A stretch of DNA of 64,000 nucleotides from the NCBI RefSeq assembly GCF_009914755.1, contig NC_060947.1. One strand, written 5' to 3'. Under the pieces are notes generated by a model, which was given only the letters and a program-made list of their open reading frames with translations, made no database searches and was not told where the DNA came from. The position numbers and the translations under genes are program-made. Source of the stretch: the human T2T-CHM13v2.0 reference genome, Homo sapiens. Positions 55,156 to 64,000 of this stretch are shown here, in pieces (position 1 is the first letter of the stretch; the number at the start of each line of letters is the position of its first letter).

Positions 55156-56175
55156 GAGAAGGGAGTGCATGGGGAAAAAGAAAACAATAACAACAACAAG
55201 AAATTCAGAAGTGGTTTGATGTGTTGAGGTTAAACTGAAACAATGCCTTCATTGCAATGAGTGCCTTTGACGTCTGTCAAAGGTGGTACAGTCAGTGACA
55301 ATGACTGCATTCTTTCTGGCTTTGGGTTCACAGTGCTTTGCAGTGCTGTGCTATTCAGAACTAAATAACTGTTGTCACTGCTCTATAATTTGGCGATGAT
55401 ATCTGGTTACTTTCAGACAAAAGAAAATGTCTCATAACAATGGGGTTTTGTATGATTCTGCTCTTTCTTCCAGAAATACAAAAAAAAGACACATTTAAGA
55501 ATTTATCTCTGTTCACATTGAGGAAGAAAATAAGCTTTAAAAAGTTTTACTCCTCCCTCCCTATAGCAATGCTTGCCTGACTTTCCATCGGGGGAAATGT
55601 TACTTTCAGCATATTCTGTGTGTGAAATAGACAGTGCCAGATGCTTCAAATGGTCATAATTGTGAAGGATATGAAAAAAGAGGCATCTTCCTACTGCGCT
55701 TTATTAAATGTGGAGGGAAAAAAACCCTTTGGGTAAATTAGCACTTGGAGGATTTAGCAAAAGTGAATTAACTATGACAGGGTCCCCTAACACATCTATT
55801 TGATGATCTTGCAAGTCTTATTCCCGGTTACCTGGGATACTACTTTGCTTTGGGATGCCATGGGGTCATTAAAATGTGAGACAGGTTCTCTGGAAGAGAA
55901 AAATCAGATGAATCTTGACTTACAGACAGTATGTCTTCCTAAATAGTATTTCTTTTGACTGACCATACCTTTCCCTTGATGCTATATTTCTCCCTCATGC
56001 GCTCATCTGAACAAAGAACTGACTGCGAATTTCAGCTGCCAAAACCAAAGGACAGTTGGAAAGGCTTTTTACAAGCAATTGGCAAGTGTGCTCTCAAAAA
56101 CTGAATATATAGGTGCTGTTTTTCTCTTATAAATTAGTATTGAAATCTAGCCTCTATTATGCCATGGGAATATAA

Positions 56176-56553
<378 letters not shown>

Positions 56554-56571
56554 GAGTCCACTATTCTTTCT

Positions 56572-56845
56572 TTTCTTTACACATAATTCCAAAATCAAAA
56601 ATAGCTCCGAGATACCAGATGTCTTTGTGGTAACTCATTCAACCCAACTTGAATGTATTTGGTGCCTGAAACTTATCTAACCTACCGTGAGATTATCTTT
56701 ATCTCTCTCAATGTGACTGTTCATATGCTTCACTGCAAAAATATTAGTGTGTTTGATGACAGGGGTGTTGTAGACCCCACTGGGGGTGCTATAGAATCTG
56801 TGTAGTGTTACTTCTATAAATCTGACAAATTCTGGATTTTAGAAC
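56572..56845. mobile_element. MER46C (TcMar-Tigger) relic
   Basis: cactgcaaaaatattagtgtgtttgat...ggggtgttg..agaccccactgggggtg match the recalled MER46C consensus. Confidence 0.75.
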
Positions 56846-57007
56846 AGAAAATATTTTGTTACAAGTGAGGCACTGTGCTGCTTTACAGACTTTATCTCAC
56901 TGAAGCCTCACAACCTCCCCCAGACGTGGACATTGCTCTGATCTCTAGTTTATAGATGAAAAATTTAAGGATTCAAAGGTGAAATAAGTTGCTCAGAGTC
57001 ACTCTTC

Positions 57008-57490
57008 TATTATAGTTACGCACTATTGCATAATAAACATCCCGGAAATATAGTGACTTGAAACAACATGTTATTGTTAACACACACTTCTGTGGATTGA
57101 CTCAGCTCAGCTGAGTGGTTCTGATATGTGGCTGCTGTCAGATAGGAGCTGGGGTTGGAATCATCTGTAGGATTATTGGCTCACATGCCTATACCTCAGC
57201 TGGAATACCTTGAGGCTGGTCAAGCATGTCTCTCTGCATGTGGCCTCTCTGCATGGCTATATTATTCCTCCCAACATGGCTGCCTCAGCATAGTCAGAAG
57301 CAGCTCCTAGACTAGAACAAGTGTTCCAGGAAGTGGAACCTGTCAGTCTATTAAATCCTGGGCTCAGAAACTGGCATGGTGTCATGTCTACGTTTTTCGA
57401 TGGGTAGAAATAGTCAGAGACATCATATAGTCAGTTATATCCCCTCTGATATCTCACAGGGGATATAACTCCAAGTATTCATGTAGGAAT
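57008..57490 (-). mobile_element. MLT1G/H/I-type MaLR LTR, nested in a MIR (MIR at about 56860-57005)
   Basis: tagtgacttgaaacaac ... gctcagctgagtggttct ... caacatggctgcctca ... gggctcagaaactggca. Confidence 0.7.
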
Positions 57491-59462
57491 GGAGGCTGCT
57501 CAGCTTGTAAGTGAACATCTGGGACTTAAATTTACATCTACCTAGTGCCAACGTCCATTGACAATGAAGTAAAACCTACCTGTCACCCATTTTTCCCTCT
57601 GCATGCCACCCCGACCTGGTGGCTTAATATTCCATTTTTTTTCAGTCACTTTCCTATAATCTTCTACCTCCACCAGACTGTTCTGTAAAAAGGCTATTCT
57701 GATGATGCCAAAACGTAGACCTGTGCTTTATGTATTTGAAGGAATGGGCAGGGAGTATTCTTCTTTCCCCTCTCCTCTACTTACATGACTTCAGTGATCC
57801 TGATTTCACCCTCATTTTTAAAATTTTCATCTTGATAAGAAATACCTAGGAAATAACAAACAAGGAGATTCAGGTAAGAATTGATGTGAGGAAGAGAACT
57901 GGGGAGAGCATTCTGGAACATTCCAACTACAGTGAGCAGCTTTACTCCTTTCTCCACCTTCCCATTACCTCCAAACTCTAACACATTCCTCCTACTAAAA
58001 TGTAGTATATTTAATGTTTCCTTTTTTTTAAACATTTGCCCCAGCTCCTAACACAGTGACTGTATTAATTCCCATTTCTGTCTCAGAAATGCACGTGTGA
58101 AACTCCATAGGCTGGCAGATATGCTCCCCAGACATGTCACCTATGACCTGTCTCTAGATCTGCCCTCTATCCAAACGGAAAGTGGAAAAAAATAGCTTGG
58201 TCATGCTTGTTAGCTGATAAGGTTTTAGCTTTGGCTATATTGAGACCTTGAGCTGTTTTTGCTTTTGTTACTTAAGCTGTGGGATCTGGTCAACTTGGAG
58301 ACAAATAGAGAAGGCCTTGAGAATTGAGGTTCTATACTGATTTGTGGGGGAATAATCACAATGCTGTTCAGAAGGAGAGTTGTTGCACTTGCTGTCTTTT
58401 TAGGAAGAATCAAAGCTTCACTGGGATTTGGCTAGCTGGCAGTCATAATTTTGAACCCTATCCCCATTGGGCCAAACCTATCACATGTGTCAAAATGACA
58501 TGGTTCTTTCAGGGGACTTTTGGGAGTGAGATCCACAGCAGGCAACTCTGCTAATAAAATCCAGCTCAACAGTAACATTGCATTATTTAGCCTTCCTCAG
58601 AGACATCTGGCATTTGTCTTCCATTTCCTTTCTGTTACAACTTTACCCCCTGGATGCTGGAGATACAAGTAACCCTTCTTGCTGTGTCTTCTCTTATTCT
58701 CCCAATAACTAAGCAACTTATTTCTATTTCTTAAATAAATCTCATGGTTTTCTGACTTCTCCAAGGTCCTCTTGTCAAGTCAAATGAAAACTACTGATGG
58801 CCCCTTCCAAAAAAAATAAGTATCATTACCTAGAATGTTCCTGAATTCTGGTTCATTAGCACAAGGTGAAGACATGATGTGTCACTTTTTAGGGCCTTAT
58901 CCTCTTGTTTCAGTGATGATGCTGTAGTAGACAAGAACATTTTCTAAAAGAGAATTATAGTCTTCAGGGCCAAGAAAGTAGTTAGGCCAGCAGTCATGAA
59001 CACTATGCTACAAACACCAGATAAGAACTTGTTGCCTTGCCAGTGGTAGAATTGTTACAAATCTATGTGGGAGGGCCTTTGGGATCTTCTCATCTAATTG
59101 CCTCATTTTTCTATTAGGAGATTGGTACCCAGGTAGGTAAATCCATCTTCCCACAGATATGAGATGACACAGTAAGGCTATAACCCAGCCCTCCTGATTT
59201 CTCCTAGCTCAGTGACTGTTCTGCAATAATGTATTTAGATCAGAATTCCTTTCTTTGTCCATCAGCATATCCTGAGTGTTTTACTCTATCCCCAAATTAC
59301 ATACCCCTGTGATTTATACTTATGTCACATCAAAGCTATTTTTAATTTTCTAGGTCTCTTTTAAATTTTGGTACGTTGGTCAAGAGACCTTTCCTTGATC
59401 TTTCTCACTTGCTACCAACGTTTTCATTCCTACCCTCTGTCTTTATTGAACTGTTAAGCCCA

Positions 59463-59971
59463 TGTTGTCAGGAAAATTGGCACACCTTTTTGGCCAACGA
59501 ATTAAAGGCAAAGGGATAAAGTGGGTTCTGCTGATCATCATATAGCTTTCCATCTAGTCTCACCAGGCCTGGCTGATGGAGGAGATTTCCACCTCAGCAA
59601 AGACTGTAACTACAGCAACTAGTGAGTTGTATTGTCCACTTTATGCTAGCTGGTGAGGAGATCCAGCCAATGTGGAAGGGTTTGTAAGTACATACATGTA
59701 GTCCCCTGCAGAATCTATGCCAGAATCCCATAGTTTGGGCATGCGTCAAAGACATCTGATGTGGAGGCCCCCTCCTCACCTGCTCAGGGTCTGAGAGACT
59801 GTGACTCTGATCTAGGTGTCTATCTGGCAGTCTTAATGAGGGATCCTCCAGGAAGCAAAAATAGTGCAAAGTAAAAGGGTTGATACCCCTGCCTTTGACC
59901 TTTATTTTCAATCTAATAAACTTACCTTTCTCAGGAAAAGAGGTGAGAGCTGGTATTTTGGTTTTGGTAAC
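59463..59971 (+). mobile_element. Possible ancient LTR (family unassigned)
   Basis: TGTTG...GGTAAC ends, AATAAA at about 59915, higher GC than the flanks. Confidence 0.3.
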
Positions 59972-61332
59972 TAGGGTCTGGGGACAAGGAGCTGGTCACG
60001 TGCTCTGACAGAAAAACTAGGATTTCAACCCCCAGCTGGGAGCTGGAGGGGAGTTCTGTCTTCCTCACTTACTAAGCATGCTTGAAAAACATTAAGCTGA
60101 ATATCAGAGCTTGATTGTCCTGCAGATGCCACCCATTAAGACAGCAAGGGCTGAGGAAGGAGCCTGAGCAAGTATAGAAAAGAACTTACCTAAGAGATCT
60201 TAAAGCAGAACCTGGAAACACTGGAAGCAGGACATAAATTCCTTTTGCACAGCAAAGCGATCTTGTGTTCCTGGTCAGTAGAGGCTCCTTTACTTTCCTT
60301 CAGCTAATGAACCACAAAAAGAAGATATATATAGTATTGACTTCTGAGGCCAGGGAATTTTGTTTTCTTTATTTTTCTAAATTTGAGTAGCATATGCTTC
60401 AAAACATCAGATATTTACTATCCTCAAAATGACTGGAAAACTTAGAAGGATAAGGCACAAGGAATGGCCTAAATAGGCTTAAATAACAAATCCCACTAAT
60501 GGAGTGATGGTATATAATGGAAAGACAGTGAGACATTAGTCTTCTTTGGAAATAACGTGTAAGAGGATTTTGTTAATTCTCATTACTTTTCCTTCACTTG
60601 GCACTGTACCCCACCCCCGCACTTCTAACTGTTACGATAGCTAGAACTAGGCAAAATGGGACAAAGTAATTCATCTGATCATATCTTTACTCATTTTCAG
60701 TCCTTATCTCAAAATTTGTGAGTGATATAAAAGTCACGATCCATTAGTGGCTCCATACCCTTCATAATGTGATCTCCATTTTCCTCGCAATCATCAACTC
60801 ATGGCACCTCCCTTTGATCTATCCTTTCTATGCCCTAACTACGAAATTAGCTAAAAAATGGTGTAGACTTTCAACACACAGCATGTGCTCTTTCCTTCCA
60901 CATAATGAACATCCTTGCTCTTACCTGGTAACTCATTACTTGTCCTATACATTCCACTTGACTTGTTTCTCCTTCTGCAAGGATTTTGTCAGTGATGTTA
61001 TCATATTTTTCTGATGCATCTTCTTTATGAATACTTTTTGGAGAATGTCTCTGTTGCTGGTCTCAGGCCCAGGGCAGTTTTACTTCTCTCTTAGGATTGG
61101 TTCGTATTTATCTTATCAACGCTTAGTAGTGACATCTACCAGCTTTTCCCTTTTGCAATGGTTGCCAGAACTCTCAGAGGCAAATTTGTCGCACATTTGT
61201 AATCAAGAGTATGAATTTTCCCAAATACATTTCTGGCTATATTTTTACAAGCTGAACTGTTCTTTTTCTCCCCTTTACTTTAAAATGTGATATCTTATAT
61301 TTTATGGAACCTCTTTCTGGAGCAAGGTGGCC

Positions 61333-61430
61333 AAGGAAGGAAGGAAGAGAAAGGGAGGGAGGCAGAGGAAGAGGATGAGAGGGGAGGGAAAGGGAAGGGA
61401 GCAATGAGAAGGGAAAGGAAGAGAAGAAAA
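61333..61430 (+). repeat. GA-rich low-complexity tract
   Basis: Directly visible; explains the R/K/E/G-rich ORF 61287-61472. Confidence 0.85.
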
Positions 61431-61474
61431 TCCAAATTCAAAGCCTACTTTCTTCATGAGTCTGTCACCTGAAA

Positions 61475-61710
61475 AAATTAATCACTTTCCCTCTGAGCTC
61501 CCCCAGTACTTGGAAGAAGCCTCTGTTATGGCTGTTATAGCACTTACATCTCTGCATGTCAATTCTTTGTCTTCTTGGACTTTTTTCCCTCCTATCTGAC
61601 TGCAAATTCTTTAAAACAAGGACGACTTCTTCCTTTTTTTAGTATTCCCAGCTTCTGGCTCAGTTCCTAGTTCAAGTAACTGCTCAATATATGTTTATTG
61701 AGTGAACAGT
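61475..61710 (+). mobile_element. L2 3' end
   Basis: gactgcaaattcttt...tattccccagcttctggctcagttcctag...tgctcaatatatgtttattgagtgaa. Confidence 0.7.
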
Positions 61711-63306
61711 AGCTGAAAAGTAGCTCCAGGGGTTTAAACCAATCACACAAGTTGATTTACTTAATTGGAGTTCTGTTCAAGATTTAGCCTCATTCTCTGA
61801 ATCAGACTTGTGACCTTCAGAACTTTATGTGTGACTAGTCACAGTCATATTTCTCATTGTACATGTCTCCAACTGACTTTCAGCAAATAACCTGCAGCTT
61901 TATTTAATACAAATCAGATCATATTAAATATAATTAAAAATCTCTCCATGAAATAGGATAAGATCCCATTGGGGCATCACAAAACACAATTATACCTTCA
62001 TGGCATATGCTCTTTTTTAGCAAATCTACTTGTGAGTATTAAAGTCTGACAATCCTTTCTCAAAGTTAGTATCATCTTTTAAATAATACCATATACCAAA
62101 TAAGAATTAAGAAGTCACTGTATTATTTCTATCCTGGATTATTTCTCTAAGCAGAATCATCAACATTGATACATAACAGGGATTTATTTGAGTTCAATGG
62201 CAAATCAGTTACATCAGTATAACAGTTAATTATATTCATTCTCTTTAATAGATGATGAAATTCTACAATATGAACTTAATTAAAAGTATCCCAGTGAGCA
62301 CAGGTATGCTCAAAGTTTCTTTCTGCGCAAGTTGAAACAGATGCGACCACTGGAAGATTTGCTCACTTAGGTCTTCCAGGTCATTGCTAGGGCAATTACC
62401 TAAAATGTCATTTGAAGCATTAAACTAAAAATATAATCATCTGAAGAAATTATTATTGATTCCGATTTTCTCTCTGTTATTTGGAGAAGTAATAGGCACA
62501 GGAAAAAAGAAGACAGTATTGTGAGTAGGAAAATAGATTATCATACAGTGTTTTTCAAGTTGCAAGAAAAGAAGCATTTAATAATTTCTTCAGACAGGAA
62601 CAAATCATCATTTAAATAAAGGGACAAACAAACATGATTTAACCTTCAACACAGATATGTGTTACATACACATGCATTCACACACATAAACACAGGCACT
62701 TGTGGGTTAGAGCTCTCTCTGGTTAAATTATAATGTCACCGTAGTCACTAATCATGACCAGACACCAGGACAGGACGCGGTACAGAGCAATCCACACTCC
62801 AGCTCCCCAACTTGCCAGCAGGCTGCTTTGCAGTGTTTCAGGAAAGAAGAAGAAAATGAGTTGACATCTGCAAGAGATAATGTCTGGAAATTCACTTCTA
62901 CATCTAGTAAATAACTGCCATTCTTTCCAAAGATGCAGAATTTCGTTGATAAGCTATCTCATCAGTGACTTAACCATTTGGAAACATCTCCCTTCAACTT
63001 ACTGTTCCGTGTTCTCAAAATAATAGTTTCAGCAAGATCAGGGGAAGCTACCCCTCTCCTTTTTTTCCCCCTTCCCTTGCTTTCAGCACCATCAAAATCT
63101 GGAGAGCTGAATAGAGATTACAATTTGTGAAGGGGAAACCTAAGGTTGTATGAGAGATATGAACCCCACCCCCCAATTCCCAGGGGAAAGCACCTGTCTT
63201 GAACTTTGCACAAGGATCTGCCACTGAGTTTCATCCTTATTTTCTCTTCTTGCTCTGTATTCCTCATAGTTGAATCATTTGTAGTGAATATTTTTTCTAA
63301 GGCATC

Positions 63307-63808
63307 TGTATTTGTTTTCTATTGCCATTATAGTAACTTACCACAAACTTCACAACTTAAAATATTCCAATTTATTATTTTATAATTCTGAAGGTCAAAA
63401 GTCTGGAATCGAACTCCCTAAGCTAAAATCAAGGTATTGGCAGGGCTGCATCCCTTTCTGGAGGCTCCAGGGGAGAATTGGTTTCTTTGCCTTTTCCAGC
63501 TTCTAGAGGCTGCCTACATTCCTTGGCTCATGGTCTCTTCCTCCATCTTCAAAGCTGGCAATGTCTACTTGTGTGTTTCTCATGCTGCATCTCTCTGACA
63601 CTGACTCTCCTGTCTGTTTTTCTTACATGGACCTCTACAACTATATTGAGCCCACCTAGATAATTCAGGATAATCTCTTTATTTTAGGGTCAGCTGATAG
63701 CAATCTCAATTCCATCTGCTATCTTAATTACCCCTTGCCATCTAATTTAACATATTCAGATTCTGGGGATGTGGATATCTTTGGGGGACCATTATTCTAC
63801 CTACCATA
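63307..63808 (-). mobile_element. MLT1D-type MaLR solo LTR
   Basis: aagctaaaatcaaggtattggcagggctgcatccctttctggaggctccaggggagaat...ttgccttttccagcttctagaggctgcc; TSD (G/A)CATC. Confidence 0.9.
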
Positions 63809-64000
63809 ACATCTTTCTGGAAGCCTCAGCTTCTACTCAAACAAGCTGACCCCAAGCTAGGGGCCACATCTCTTCTTTGTACTCATGCATTTTTTTCAGT
63901 TGAAGTTTTTTCAATTGGAATAAGTTCCAGACTCATTCTGTCCGGTGTGAGAGTAGGTAGCAGCATTTCAAGAGGCTAAGATGCTTCTGTCATCCCAAGC

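Larger units (their letters stand above)
54351..55483 (+). repeat. Dispersed direct repeat of about 110 bp (copies 54351-54464 and 55372-55483)
   Basis: ttgtcactgctctataatttgg ... ctctttcttccagaaata occurs twice; by eye the copies differ by 4 substitutions and one 2-bp indel. Confidence 0.95.

Overview
This is AT-rich, repeat-dense primate genomic DNA, almost certainly human because it contains an Alu with the AluYb8/Yb9-diagnostic 7-nt duplication. It looks like intergenic or deep-intronic sequence. I found no supportable protein-coding exon, RNA gene or CpG island. The supplied ORFs are Alu-, L1- or LTR-derived, or are short chance ORFs. The window holds 15 near-full-length Alus plus three partial Alu/FLAM elements, many L1 fragments (two with twin-priming 5' inversions), MaLR LTRs (MLT1, THE1), three LTR16-like ERVL LTRs, DNA-transposon fossils (MER20, MER58A, MER5, MER46C, MER102), MIR/L2 relics and microsatellites. 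All repeat family names come from recalled consensus sequences, not from a RepeatMasker run. I see no convincing novel biological system. The best leads are mutational signatures: a severely truncated young AluYb insertion (candidate polymorphism), two local 110-140 bp non-tandem duplications that look like templated insertions, several template-switch palindromes and a THE1/L1PB fusion junction.
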